Below are positions 1 through 9,142 of a stretch of 64,000 nucleotides of DNA, piece by piece (within the stretch, counting starts at the first letter, position 1; each line of letters opens with the position of its first letter). The position numbers and the translations under genes were made by a program. Below the pieces are notes generated by a model, which had not been told where the DNA came from, ran no database searches, and saw only the letters and a list, made by a program, of their open reading frames with translations. The stretch is taken from the NCBI GenBank assembly GCA_021803085.1, contig JAJZMD010000017.1, positions 11,393 through 75,392 of the forward strand, in the 5' to 3' direction. The DNA is from Actinomycetes bacterium. GTDB taxonomy: Bacteria > Actinomycetota > Acidimicrobiia > Acidimicrobiales > RAAP-2.

Positions 1-1385
1 CGCCCCGCCACGCGACGCTCGCGGAGGCGCCGCACGGCGCCCGCCACCTCCCGGGCGACGAAGGACGCGTCCACCGTGACGAGCTCGCCGTCTTTCACCA
101 CCGCTCGTCCCCCGACGAGCACGAGCGACAGCGGCGGGCGGGCACCGAGGGTCAGCGCGGCGACGGGGTCCTCGATCCCCGCATTGGAGACGGTGTCGAC
201 GCGCCAGAGCGCGACGTCCGCGAGCTTGCCCACCTCGAGCGAGCCGAGCTCGTCCTCGCGCCCCAGGCAACGTGCCCCTGTCATCGTCGCCATCCTGAGC
301 ACCTCCCGGGTACCGAGTGCGCGGGCGCCGGCGCGCGCTCTCGCGGTGAACAGCGCCCCGCGCAGCTCGTTCCAGAGCTCCCCCGACTCGTTGGACGCGG
401 AGCCGTCCACCCCGAGGCCGACCGGGACCCCGGCGGCGAGGAGCTCGGGCACGGGCGCCGAGCCCGCGCCGAGGCGCCCGTTCGAGCTCGGGCAGTGCGC
501 GACCCCGGTGCCCGTCGCGCCCAACATCGCGCACGACCTCTCGTCCAGGTGGACGCCGTGCGCGACCCAGACGTCGGCACCGAGCCATCCGAGCGACTCT
601 GCGTACTGCGCCGGCGTGCAGCCGAGACGCTCCGCGCAGTACGCGTCCTCGTCGGTCGTCTCAGCGAGGTGGGTATGGAGCCGGACGCCGCGCGTACGCG
701 CGAGCTCGGCGGCACCGACCATGAGCTCCTTCGTCACCGAGAACGGCGAGCACGGCGCCACCGTGACGCGCACCATCGCGCCCGGTGACGCGTCGTGCCA
801 CCGAGAGATCGCGTCGTCGGTCGCAGCGAGGGCCGCGTCGGTGTCCTCGACGACGTCGTCGGGCGGCAGGCCTCCCGCAGACTGGCCGAGGTCCATCGAC
901 CCTCGCGCGGGGTGGAAGCGGAGCCCGACGAGAGCCGCAGCCTCGATCTCCGCGGCAAGGAGGTCGCCGCCGCGCTTGGGGAACACGTACTGGTGGTCCA
1001 TCGTGGTCGTGCAGCCGCTGGTGGCGAGCGCGAAGAGCGCGCCGAGCGCGGCGACGTGCTCGAGCTCTGCTGTGACGCACGCCCACCATGGATAGAGCTC
1101 GGACAGCCAGCTGAACAGCTCGGAGTCGGGCGCCATGCCCCGCGTCAGCCACTGCGAGAGGTGATGGTGGGTGTTGACCAAGCCGGGCGTGGCGAGGCAT
1201 CCGGCGGCGTCGACCCGACGGGCCCCCGCGGGCACGGCCGATTCGGGCGCAGGCCCCGCGCCCACCGCGGCGATGCGCCCGCCGGAGACGACGAGATGGC
1301 CCTCGGAGTGCTCCGTCCCCGCTGCGTCGACGGTCGCGACGGCAGCGCCCTCGATCACCCAGTCCGGCGCGTCGGAGCCGCCCAT
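1..1385 (-). CDS. amidohydrolase-superfamily deaminase (8-oxoguanine deaminase/chlorohydrolase-like); 3' end runs off the window
   Basis: Own translation of the minus strand from ATG at comp(1383..1385): MGGSDAPDWVIEGAAVATVD..ATPGLVNTHHHLSQWLTRG..VAPCSPFS..RLHTHLAET..AHGVHL..GVDGSASNE. The frame stays open to base 1, so it is absent from the ORF track. ORFs listed here (76..1095+, 661..1458-) are Arg/Ser/Pro-rich wrong-frame artefacts. Confidence 0.8.
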   Translation of the reverse strand, partial: MGGSDAPDWVIEGAAVATVDAAGTEHSEGHLVVSGGRIAAVGAGPAPESAVPAGARRVDAAGCLATPGLVNTHHHLSQWLTRGMAPDSELFSWLSELYPWWACVTAELEHVAALGALFALATSGCTTTMDHQYVFPKRGGDLLAAEIEAAALVGLRFHPARGSMDLGQSAGGLPPDDVVEDTDAALAATDDAISRWHDASPGAMVRVTVAPCSPFSVTKELMVGAAELARTRGVRLHTHLAETTDEDAYCAERLGCTPAQYAESLGWLGADVWVAHGVHLDERSCAMLGATGTGVAHCPSSNGRLGAGSAPVPELLAAGVPVGLGVDGSASNESGELWNELRGALFTARARAGARALGTREVLRMATMTGARCLGREDELGSLEVGKLADVALWRVDTVSNAGIEDPVAALTLGARPPLSLVLVGGRAVVKDGELVTVDASFVAREVAGAVRRLRERRVAG

Positions 1386-1447
1386 ACGGTGGCGACTGTA
1401 GTTTCCCGCTTGTTGACAGCCGGCCGGGGCTCGGCCAGGCTGCTCGG

Positions 1448-2482
1448 GTGGGCGACACGACGCCCGGCCTCGTCTGCGGGCACCATCACCTCTACTCGGC
1501 GCTCGCGCGCGGGATGCCGGCGCCGCCGCGCACCCCCTCGACGTTCACGGAGATCCTCGAGCAGATCTGGTGGCGCCTGGACGTCGCGCTCGACCTCGAG
1601 ATGATCCGGTGGTCGGCCATGCTTGGCGCGTTGGAGGCGCTCGAGTGCGGCACCACCGCGATCGTCGACCACCACGAAGGGCCGTCTGCCATCGAGGGGA
1701 GCCTGGACGTCATCTCGCAGGCCTGCGCGGAGGTCGGCGTACGCGTGCGCTGCTGCTACGGGGTCACCGACCGGCACGGGCCCGACGGCGCGCGCCGGGG
1801 GCTCTTGGAGAACGAACGGTTCCTGCGGGCTGGGGGCGCGGGGATGGTGGGCATCCACGCCGCCTTCACGTGCACCGACGAGACGCTCGAGGCAGCTGCG
1901 GGCCTCGCGAGAGACCTCGGCGCCGGTGTCCACGTCCACGTGGCAGAAGGCGAGGTCGACGCGGGCGCGCCCGCACGCCTCGGCCACCTCGTCGCAGACG
2001 ACTGGATCGTCGCGCACGGAGTCCACCTCCCCCGCCCCGTTCCCCCGAAGTGGGCCGAGACGACCCTCGCGCACTGCGCGCGGTCCAACATGAACAACGG
2101 CGTCGGGTACGCGCGTCCGCGCAGCTGGCCAGGCCGCGTGGTGCTCGGCAGCGACGGCATCGGCGCGGACATGCTGGAGGAGTACCGGATCGCGTATGTC
2201 AGGGCGCGCGAGCACGACGTCTTCACCACCCCGGTCGAGGCCTGGGCGTGGCTCGAGGAAGGCTGGACGCTCGTGCCCGAGTCCCGCTCGGACCGCGTGC
2301 GCTGGAGCTACGACAGGGCCGACGACCCGTGGTGCCTCGCGTTCACGCCGGGGGTGCGCGCGCTCGACGTCTGGGTCGACGGAGCCCAGGTCCTCGCATC
2401 TGGGGCGGCGACGCGCGTCGATTCCGCAGAGGTGCGCGCCCGCGCCGCCGAGCAGGCCCGTCGGCTGTTCGAGCGCCTCTGA
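1448..2482 (+). CDS. SsnA-like putative aminohydrolase (amidohydrolase superfamily)
   Basis: 344 aa. N-terminal GHHHLYSALARGM metal-ligand motif, HVHVAEG, LGSDG. Divergent from the previous amidohydrolase across a 62-bp gap. Confidence 0.8.
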   Translation: MGDTTPGLVCGHHHLYSALARGMPAPPRTPSTFTEILEQIWWRLDVALDLEMIRWSAMLGALEALECGTTAIVDHHEGPSAIEGSLDVISQACAEVGVRVRCCYGVTDRHGPDGARRGLLENERFLRAGGAGMVGIHAAFTCTDETLEAAAGLARDLGAGVHVHVAEGEVDAGAPARLGHLVADDWIVAHGVHLPRPVPPKWAETTLAHCARSNMNNGVGYARPRSWPGRVVLGSDGIGADMLEEYRIAYVRAREHDVFTTPVEAWAWLEEGWTLVPESRSDRVRWSYDRADDPWCLAFTPGVRALDVWVDGAQVLASGAATRVDSAEVRARAAEQARRLFERL

Positions 2483-2499
2483 GGTCTGCAGGCGCCGGG

Positions 2500-3117
2500 T
2501 CAGGCGTCAGAGGACGAGCGGGTCGCGTTCAGGTAGTTGTAGACGGTCACGCGGCTCACGCCCATTGCGTCGGCCACCTCGTCGACCGCGTTCCGGATGG
2601 CGAAGGCTCCGCGCTCGTCCAGCATGCGCACGGCGCGCTGCTTGTCGACCCGGCTCAACGCCGCGAGCCGCCCCCCGAGCTCCGACTCGATCTGGGCGAC
2701 GAAGCTCGCGAGACCCTCGCGCAGATCGCGCGGCGAGGGGAGCTCCAGCCCTCCCACCACGCGGCCCTTCCATACGAGAGGGACGGCGGCGGCGCCCATG
2801 CGCTCGGCGGCCACGACTCGGCCCCCGAGCGCGCGCACGATCGGGCGGACCGCAGCGAGGAAGGCTTCCGCGTCCTCTCCGCCAGTCGCCCGTGCGGTCA
2901 TGGTGATCCCCGAGGCCCCGGCGTCGAACGAGGCGGCGGCGGCTCGGGCCACCGCCTCGAGGAGCGGGCGGGCCTCGCCCTCGACGGCGTTGCCGAACGG
3001 GCCGACCTCGGGGTCGAAGCCCTCCGAGCGCAGCGTCTCGAGCGCGGCGGTGACGTGCGCGCCCAGCTCTCCCTCGCGGAACGGCTCCACGGTGAGCTCC
3101 ACCCGCACGTGCCGCAT
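2500..3117 (-). CDS. transcriptional regulator: DUF77/YkoF-like ligand-binding domain fused to YheO/DauR-type C-terminal HTH
   Basis: 205 aa from ATG comp(3115..3117), preceded by GGGAGGGAG about 6 nt upstream; the ORF-track start at 3312 looks over-extended. N-terminus MRHVRVELTVEPF..LGAHVTAALETLRSEGFDPEVGPFGNAVEG resembles the MTH1187/YkoF fold. C-terminus LDERGAFAIRNAVDEVADAMGVSRVTVYNYLN resembles YheO-family HTH. Confidence 0.6.
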   Translation of the reverse strand: MRHVRVELTVEPFREGELGAHVTAALETLRSEGFDPEVGPFGNAVEGEARPLLEAVARAAAASFDAGASGITMTARATGGEDAEAFLAAVRPIVRALGGRVVAAERMGAAAVPLVWKGRVVGGLELPSPRDLREGLASFVAQIESELGGRLAALSRVDKQRAVRMLDERGAFAIRNAVDEVADAMGVSRVTVYNYLNATRSSSDA

Positions 3118-3219
3118 CCCGCTCCCTCCCGGCGTCGCAGGGCTCTGCCCATTCCCTCCCGACATCGAGGTCACCTCACCTTGCGCCTGTTCCGCTCCGG
3201 CCTCCGAGATCCATGACGC

Positions 3220-3298
3220 CCGGAGATCGACGGTGATGGCCGGAGATCGACGGCCGGACATCGACGACCGGACATCGGTGACGGACGGTGACGGACGG
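3220..3298. repeat. cluster of degenerate direct repeats in divergent promoter region
   Basis: CCGGAGATCGACGG at 3220 and 3240; CCGGACATCG at 3254 and 3268; GGTGACGGAC twice at 3277-3296. Confidence 0.6.
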
Positions 3299-3303
3299 CC
3301 AGA

Positions 3304-3322
3304 GGTTGACAACCAGTCAACC
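3304..3322. promoter_or_regulatory. perfect 7-5-7 palindrome GGTTGAC-AACCA-GTCAACC (candidate operator)
   Basis: Read directly. Lies between the divergent regulator (start 3117) and the operon start (3362). Confidence 0.5.
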
Positions 3323-3326
3323 TACC

Positions 3327-3341
3327 TTGACAGATCGTCAA
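3327..3341. promoter_or_regulatory. second palindrome TTGAC-AGATC-GTCAA (candidate operator)
   Basis: Same TTGAC/GTCAA half-sites and the same 5-nt spacer as the 3304 site, 4 nt downstream of it, about 20 nt upstream of the GTG start at 3362. Confidence 0.5.
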
Positions 3342-3361
3342 AGAGAAGGCAAGTTTGTGTT

Positions 3362-4600
3362 GTGGACTTGGCGGTAGACGCCGCGCGACTCCTCTCCCGT
3401 CTGGAGGAGCTCGGACGCATCGGTGCCACCGGGGACGGGGGGTGCGCCCGTCTGGCGCTGACCGACGAGGACCGGGAGGGCCGGGACCTGGTGGTCACCT
3501 GGATGCGGGACCTCGGGCTGGACGTGCAGGTGGACGCGATCGGCAACGTCGTCGCCGTGCGCGAGGGCCGGGAGGCCGGTCCGCCCGTCATGTGCGGCTC
3601 GCACGTCGACACGGTGGCGACCGGCGGCATCTACGACGGCAACCTCGGTGTGCTCGCGGGCCTCGAGGTGCTCGAGACCCTGGCGTCGGCGGGCGTCCTC
3701 CCGCGCCGCCCGATGGCCGTCGCGTTCTTCACGGACGAGGAGGGAGCGCGCTTCGCGCCGGACATGCTCGGGAGCCTCGTCTACGCCGGCGGCATGGGCG
3801 TGGAGGAGGCCTACGACCTCGTCGGGATCGACGGCGCGCGCCTCGGCGACGAGCTCGCGCGCATCGGCTACCTGGGGAGCCTCCCCTGCCCGGGTCTGGT
3901 GCCGCACGCCTACGTCGAGCTCCACATCGAGCAGGGCCCCGTCCTGGAGGCGAACGGCGAGGTGATCGGCGCCGTCACCGGGGTCCAGGGGATCTCCTGG
4001 CAGGAGGTGCGGTTCGGCGGTCAGTTCAACCACGCCGGCACGACGCCCATGGCGTACCGCCACGACGCCGGGTTCGCCGCCGCGCAGGCGGCGGTCGCGG
4101 CCCGGGCGCTCGCTCGCGACCTCGGCCCGCCGCAGGTGGCGACCGTCGGCAAGCTCGACCTGCGCCCGGGTCTCGTGAACGTGGTCGCCGGCGCCTCCGC
4201 CCTCACCATCGACCTTCGCAACACGGACGGCGACATGCTCGCAGAGGCTGAGCGCCGCATGGCCGCCGAGATCGACCGGATCTCGGGCGACGAGGGGGTG
4301 ACGGTCGAGCGCCGCCAGCTCGCGCGCTTCGACCCCGTCGAGTTCGACGAACGGATCGTCGGCCTGGTGGAGGAGACCGCGCGCGCGCACGGCCACCGGG
4401 TGCGGCGGCTCCCGTCGGGCGCGGGGCACGACGCGCAGATGCTGGCGCGACGGTGCCCGGCGGGCATGGTCTTCGTCCCGAGCGCCGGCGGCATCAGCCA
4501 CAACCCGGCTGAGTTCACCTCCCCCGAGCACCTCGAGGCAGGCGCCAACGTGCTGCTCCACGTGCTGCACCGGCTGGCCGAAGAAGACGTCCTCTCGTGA
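3362..4600 (+). CDS. M20-family Zn-dependent amidase, hydantoinase/carbamoylase type (allantoate amidohydrolase / N-carbamoyl-L-amino-acid hydrolase-like)
   Basis: 412 aa from GTG 3362, with GAGAAGG about 12 nt upstream; the ORF-track start at 2597 is wrong-frame upstream extension. Motifs: RLALTDEDREGRDLV..DAIGNVV..GSHVDTVATGGIYDGNLGVLAGLEV..FTDEEG. Confidence 0.85.
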   Translation: MDLAVDAARLLSRLEELGRIGATGDGGCARLALTDEDREGRDLVVTWMRDLGLDVQVDAIGNVVAVREGREAGPPVMCGSHVDTVATGGIYDGNLGVLAGLEVLETLASAGVLPRRPMAVAFFTDEEGARFAPDMLGSLVYAGGMGVEEAYDLVGIDGARLGDELARIGYLGSLPCPGLVPHAYVELHIEQGPVLEANGEVIGAVTGVQGISWQEVRFGGQFNHAGTTPMAYRHDAGFAAAQAAVAARALARDLGPPQVATVGKLDLRPGLVNVVAGASALTIDLRNTDGDMLAEAERRMAAEIDRISGDEGVTVERRQLARFDPVEFDERIVGLVEETARAHGHRVRRLPSGAGHDAQMLARRCPAGMVFVPSAGGISHNPAEFTSPEHLEAGANVLLHVLHRLAEEDVLS

Positions 4601-5520
4601 GCCGCCGCGTCGTCGTCGCCGCCGCGCAGCTCGGCCCCATCGGGCGCGACGAGCCGCGCGACGCGGTCGTGGTCCGGCTGCTCGCGCTGCTGCACGACGC
4701 GCACCGGAAGGGAGCCGAGCTCGTGGTCTACCCCGAGCTCGCGCTCACGACGTTCTTCCCGCGCTGGTGGACCGAGCCGCTCTCGGGCGCTGACCACTGG
4801 TTCGAGACCGAGATGCCGGGACCGGCGACGAGACCGCTCTTCGAGGAGGCGGCCCGCCTCGGCGTCGGCTTCTTCCTCGGTTACGCCGAGCTCACGCCCG
4901 ACGGCCACCGCTACAACAGCGCGGTGCTCGTGGAGCGGGACGGATCGGCCGTCGCCACGTTCCGCAAGGTCCACATCCCCGGCCACGAGAAGCACGAGCC
5001 GTGGCGCCCGTTCCAGCACCTCGAGCGGTACTACTTCGAGCCCGGGCCCGACGGCTTCGGGGTGTGGGACGCGTTCACAGGGCGCGTCGGGATGATGATC
5101 TGCAACGACCGGCGGTGGCCCGAGACCTACCGGGTGATGGGCCTCCGGGGCGTCGAGGTGATCCTCTGCGGCTACAACACCCCGATCCACTACGCGCCCG
5201 ACCCCTCCCAGGACGCTCTGGCTGCGTTCCACAACCACCTCGTCATGCAGGCGGGCGCGTACCAGAACGGCACCTGGGTCGTCGCCGCGGCGAAGGGGGG
5301 GCTGGAGGAGGGTGTCGACTCCCTCGCACAGAGCGCGGTGATCGCGCCGTCGGGCCAGGTCGTGGCGCAGGCGCTCACCGCCGGAGACGAGGTGGTCGTC
5401 GCCGAGTGCGACCTCGACTGGACCGCGCGGTACAAGAAGACCCTCTTCGACTTCGCCCGGTACCGGCGTCCGGAGGTCTACGGCGTGATCTGCGAGCGAC
5501 CCGAGGAGGAGGCACGATGA
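4597..5520 (+). CDS. carbon-nitrogen hydrolase (nitrilase superfamily), N-carbamoyl-D-amino-acid/beta-ureidopropionase-like
   Basis: 307 aa. VAAAQLGPI..ELVVYPELALTTFFPRWW..RKVHIPG..MMICNDRRWPE (Glu-Lys-Cys triad context). GTGA overlap with the upstream stop. Confidence 0.85.
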   Translation: MSRRVVVAAAQLGPIGRDEPRDAVVVRLLALLHDAHRKGAELVVYPELALTTFFPRWWTEPLSGADHWFETEMPGPATRPLFEEAARLGVGFFLGYAELTPDGHRYNSAVLVERDGSAVATFRKVHIPGHEKHEPWRPFQHLERYYFEPGPDGFGVWDAFTGRVGMMICNDRRWPETYRVMGLRGVEVILCGYNTPIHYAPDPSQDALAAFHNHLVMQAGAYQNGTWVVAAAKGGLEEGVDSLAQSAVIAPSGQVVAQALTAGDEVVVAECDLDWTARYKKTLFDFARYRRPEVYGVICERPEEEAR

Positions 5521-8150
5521 CCGTCGTCGGACAGGACGTCGTCGGACAGGACGTCGTCGACAGGGACGTCGTCGTCTTCACGGTCAATGGCGATGAGGTC
5601 GCCGTCCGTGCGGACCACCCGCACCTCCTCTCCGCGCTGCGCGAGGAGCTCGGGATCACCTCGCCGAAGGACGGCTGCTCACCGTCGGGCCAGTGCGGCT
5701 GCTGCACGGTCATGATCGACGGGAAGGTCCAGGTGAGCTGCCAGTACCCGCTCGAGAAGGCGGCCGGGCGCACCGTGGTCACGCTCGAGGGGCTGGAGGA
5801 GACAGAGCGCCGCCGCTACGCCGCCGCGTTCGCCGCGGCCGGCGGGCTCCAGTGCGGCTTCTGCATCCCCGGCATCGTGATGCGCGCCAAGGCGCAGCTC
5901 GACAAGAAAGGCGGCGCCCTCACGCGCGAGGACATGGCGCGCCACCTCGGCGCGCACCTCTGCCGCTGCACCGGCTACGTGAAGATCCTCGACGCGATCG
6001 ACGCGCTGTCCAAGGGGGCGTCCCCTGCGCTGCCGTTGCAGTCGTACGCCGGCGTGGGGGCACGGCTGGCGAAGTACGAGGCCGAGCCTCTCGCACTCGG
6101 CGATCGCGGGTACGTCGACGACCTTCGCGTGCCCGGCCTGCTCCATGCGGCCCTGCGCTTCACCGATCACGCCCGCGCCGAGATCGTCGGGATCACCACG
6201 TCGGCCGCGGCGGCGGCACCCGGCGTGGTGGCGGTCTTCACCGCGGCCGACGTGCCCGGGGAGCTCCGTGTCGGGATCATCGAGCGCGACTGGCCGGTCT
6301 TCGTCCCGGTGGGTGGGCGCACCTCGTACGCGGGCGACGTCCTCGCCGTCGTGGTCGCCGAGAGCCGGCTCGAGGCGAGGGCGGCCGCCTCCCTCGTCGA
6401 GGTGGAGTACCGGGACCTCGGGCCGCTGACCGACCCCGTCGCGGCGATCGACTCACCCGAGCTGGCCGTGTGGGGCACGGAGTCCAACGTGCTGTCGCGC
6501 TCGGCGTACGTCCGCGGCGACGTCGACGCGGCGTTGGTGGCGAGCGCCCATCTGGTCCATGAGGTCTTCGAGACCCAACGCGTCGAGCACGCCTTCTTGG
6601 AGCCCGAGTCCACCCTGGCGGTGCCGAGGGACGACGGCGGCCTCCACGTCTTCTCCGGCGGCCAGGGCGTCTGGGACGACCGCAACCAGATCGCCTCGGT
6701 GCTCGGCGTCGGCGCCGACGCCGTGAGCGTCGAGCTGGTCTCGAACGGCGGCGCGTTCGGCGGCAAGGAGGACATGTCCAACCAGGCCCAGACGGCGCTC
6801 TGTGCCTGGCTCCTGCGCCGGCCGGTGAAGTGCACGCTCACGCGTGAGGAGAGCTTCCTCGTGCACGCGAAGCGCCATCCGATCCGTATGGAGTACTGGG
6901 CGGGATGTGACGCCGACGGCCGGCTCACCGGGCTGAGGGCGCGGATGGTGGGCGACTCCGGCGCGTACGCGAGCGTCGGCATGAAGGTGCTCGAGCGTGC
7001 CGCTGGCCATGCGACCGGGCCGTACCGGCTCCCCGCCGTCGACGTGGAGGCGATCGCGGTCCGCACCAACAACCCGGTGTGCGGCGCCTTCCGCGGCTTC
7101 GGCGCGAACCAGGCGCAATTCGCGATGGAAGGGGTGATCGACCGCCTCGCGTTGAAGGCAGGCCTGAGCGGCTTCGAGATGCGCAAGCGCAACGTCGTCC
7201 ACCCCGGCGACGTGTGGGGGCCCGGCCAGGTGATGGACGAGGGCTGCGCGGGCGCCGAGCGCTGCCTCGACGCGCTCGCGGACCGCTACGAGGCCGCCCG
7301 GGCGGACGGGAAGGCCGTGGGCATCGGCCTCGGCCTGAAGAACAGCGGCCTGGGCAACGGGTTCTGCGAGGTGACCCGGGCGGTGGTGCGCTTCTGCGAG
7401 GACGGCACCGTCGAGGTCCGCCACGGGTGGACCGAGATGGGCCAGGGTGTGCACACCGTGGCGTTGCAGGTCGCGGTCGAAGAGCTCGGCGTGGACCCCG
7501 CCCGCGTCAAGGTGGTGGTGGACACCTCGCGCGAGCTCGGCGAAGGCCAGACCACCGGCAGCAGGGGGACGCTCATGGGCGCGGGTGCCGTCGCGGACGC
7601 GTGCCGCAAGGCGTTGGCGGGAGGTCGCGCCCCTGGGGTCGACTACACCGGAGAGCACCGCGTCGACTGGACCCAGCACATCGGCGAGGTGGAGCACCCG
7701 ACGATCCACTCGGCGTTCGGCTACGCCGCTCAGCTCGTCGTCATGGACCGTGACACGCTCACGGTCGAGCGGGTGGTCGCCGCGCACGACGTCGGCCGTG
7801 CGGTGAACCCGATGCTCTGCGAGGGCCAGGTCGAGGGCTCGGTGCACATGGGCCTCGGCTACGCGCTGACCGAGGAGTTCCCCGCGGACGAGCGGGGCTT
7901 CCCGACGAAGTCGACGCTCCGGTCGCTCGGGATCCTGAGGGCGAAGGACGTCCCGCCCGTGGAGGTCCTCCTCGTCGAGGTGCCCCAGCCGCGTTCCCCG
8001 TACGGGATCAAGGGCGTCGGCGAGATCGGGCTCGTCCCGACCGCCGGGGCGGTCGCTGCAGCCCTGCACGACGCGGACGGGGTCTGGCGAACGAAGCTGC
8101 CGATGCGCACCGGAACGCCGGCGCGCGACGGGGCAGGCGACGGCGAGTGA
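5517..8150 (+). CDS. XdhD-like molybdopterin hydroxylase with fused N-terminal [2Fe-2S] domains
   Basis: 877 aa from ATG 5517 (ATGA overlap; the track start at 5001 lies inside the upstream gene). [12 protein letters not shown] and CGFCIPG..CRCTGY iron-sulfur motifs, then aldehyde-oxidase/xanthine-dehydrogenase domains ([22 protein letters not shown]). Confidence 0.85.
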   Translation: MTVVGQDVVGQDVVDRDVVVFTVNGDEVAVRADHPHLLSALREELGITSPKDGCSPSGQCGCCTVMIDGKVQVSCQYPLEKAAGRTVVTLEGLEETERRRYAAAFAAAGGLQCGFCIPGIVMRAKAQLDKKGGALTREDMARHLGAHLCRCTGYVKILDAIDALSKGASPALPLQSYAGVGARLAKYEAEPLALGDRGYVDDLRVPGLLHAALRFTDHARAEIVGITTSAAAAAPGVVAVFTAADVPGELRVGIIERDWPVFVPVGGRTSYAGDVLAVVVAESRLEARAAASLVEVEYRDLGPLTDPVAAIDSPELAVWGTESNVLSRSAYVRGDVDAALVASAHLVHEVFETQRVEHAFLEPESTLAVPRDDGGLHVFSGGQGVWDDRNQIASVLGVGADAVSVELVSNGGAFGGKEDMSNQAQTALCAWLLRRPVKCTLTREESFLVHAKRHPIRMEYWAGCDADGRLTGLRARMVGDSGAYASVGMKVLERAAGHATGPYRLPAVDVEAIAVRTNNPVCGAFRGFGANQAQFAMEGVIDRLALKAGLSGFEMRKRNVVHPGDVWGPGQVMDEGCAGAERCLDALADRYEAARADGKAVGIGLGLKNSGLGNGFCEVTRAVVRFCEDGTVEVRHGWTEMGQGVHTVALQVAVEELGVDPARVKVVVDTSRELGEGQTTGSRGTLMGAGAVADACRKALAGGRAPGVDYTGEHRVDWTQHIGEVEHPTIHSAFGYAAQLVVMDRDTLTVERVVAAHDVGRAVNPMLCEGQVEGSVHMGLGYALTEEFPADERGFPTKSTLRSLGILRAKDVPPVEVLLVEVPQPRSPYGIKGVGEIGLVPTAGAVAAALHDADGVWRTKLPMRTGTPARDGAGDGE
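5523..5567 (+). repeat. in-frame 15-bp tandem repeat x3 (GTCGTCGGACAGGAC) coding [15 protein letters not shown]
   Basis: Two perfect copies plus one variant, directly after the start codon of the XdhD-like gene. Confidence 0.9.
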
Positions 8151-9142
8151 GAACCGCGCTCTACCTGCAGGACGCGCACTCCATCCGCGACGGCATGGGC
8201 CACGTCGCCTACGCGGAGTCGCGCGGTTTCGAAGCCGTCTGGCAGGCGGAGAGCCGGCTCGTCCGAGAGGCGACCGTGCCGCTGGCGGCCTACGCGGCGG
8301 TGACCGAGCGCATCAAGGTGGGCTCCGGCGTCTCGGACTGCTGGTCGCGCAACCCCGCGCGCCTTGCGGCCACCTTCTCCACCCTCGACGACCTCGCCCC
8401 TGGCCGCGCGGTGCTGGGCATCGGCGCCTGGTGGGACCCGCTCGCCGCCAAGGTGGGCATCACCCGGACGCATCCCCTCACCGTCATGCGCGAGGTGGTG
8501 ACCGTGGTGCGCGCGCTGCTCGCCAACGAGAAGGTGACCTTCCACGGTGAGTGGGTCCACCTGACAGGCGTCGAGCTCGACTACGTCTACCAGGAGCGCC
8601 GGCCGAAGGACGTGCCGATCTACGTCGGCGCGACGGGCGACAGGATGCTCGAGCTCGCCGGCGAGATCGCCGACGGCGTCGTCTTGAATTACCTCGTCTC
8701 CCCCGATTACAACCAGCGCGCGCTCGAGCACCTCTCCATCGGCCTCGAGCGAGCCGGCCGGGTCCTCGCGGATCTCGACCGCCCCCAGCTCGTGGTCTGC
8801 TCGGTGCACGAGGACGAGAAGACCGCGCTCGACATGGCGAGGCTCATGGTGACCCAGTACCTCGGGCAGCAGCCCCACATCATGCGTGCCTCCGGCGTCC
8901 CGCAGTCGCTCCTCGACGCGGTGGGCGAGGTGCTCACCTGGCCGGCGACCCATGACGAGGTGGAGGCGGCCTCGAAGCTCGTCCCCGACGAAGTGGTCCG
9001 CATGCTCACGGCGTCGGGCACGCCGGACCAGGCCCGGGCACGGGTGGCGGACTACGTCGCGCACGGGTGCACCTGCCCGATCCTCTACCCGCTGGGCGAC
9101 GTCGGCCAGATGATCGACGCGTTCAGCGGGTGGGCGCCGTGA
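8147..9142 (+). CDS. LLM-class (luciferase-like) flavin/F420-dependent oxidoreductase
   Basis: 331 aa. [48 protein letters not shown] overlap with the upstream stop. Confidence 0.8.
   Translation: MRTALYLQDAHSIRDGMGHVAYAESRGFEAVWQAESRLVREATVPLAAYAAVTERIKVGSGVSDCWSRNPARLAATFSTLDDLAPGRAVLGIGAWWDPLAAKVGITRTHPLTVMREVVTVVRALLANEKVTFHGEWVHLTGVELDYVYQERRPKDVPIYVGATGDRMLELAGEIADGVVLNYLVSPDYNQRALEHLSIGLERAGRVLADLDRPQLVVCSVHEDEKTALDMARLMVTQYLGQQPHIMRASGVPQSLLDAVGEVLTWPATHDEVEAASKLVPDEVVRMLTASGTPDQARARVADYVAHGCTCPILYPLGDVGQMIDAFSGWAP

Noticed and set aside
5517-8150. Labelling the XdhD-like enzyme as selenium-dependent.
   Set aside because: No selD, yqeB/yqeC-type markers, SECIS-like element or in-frame TGA is visible in this window. 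Selenium dependence cannot be inferred from the sequence shown.
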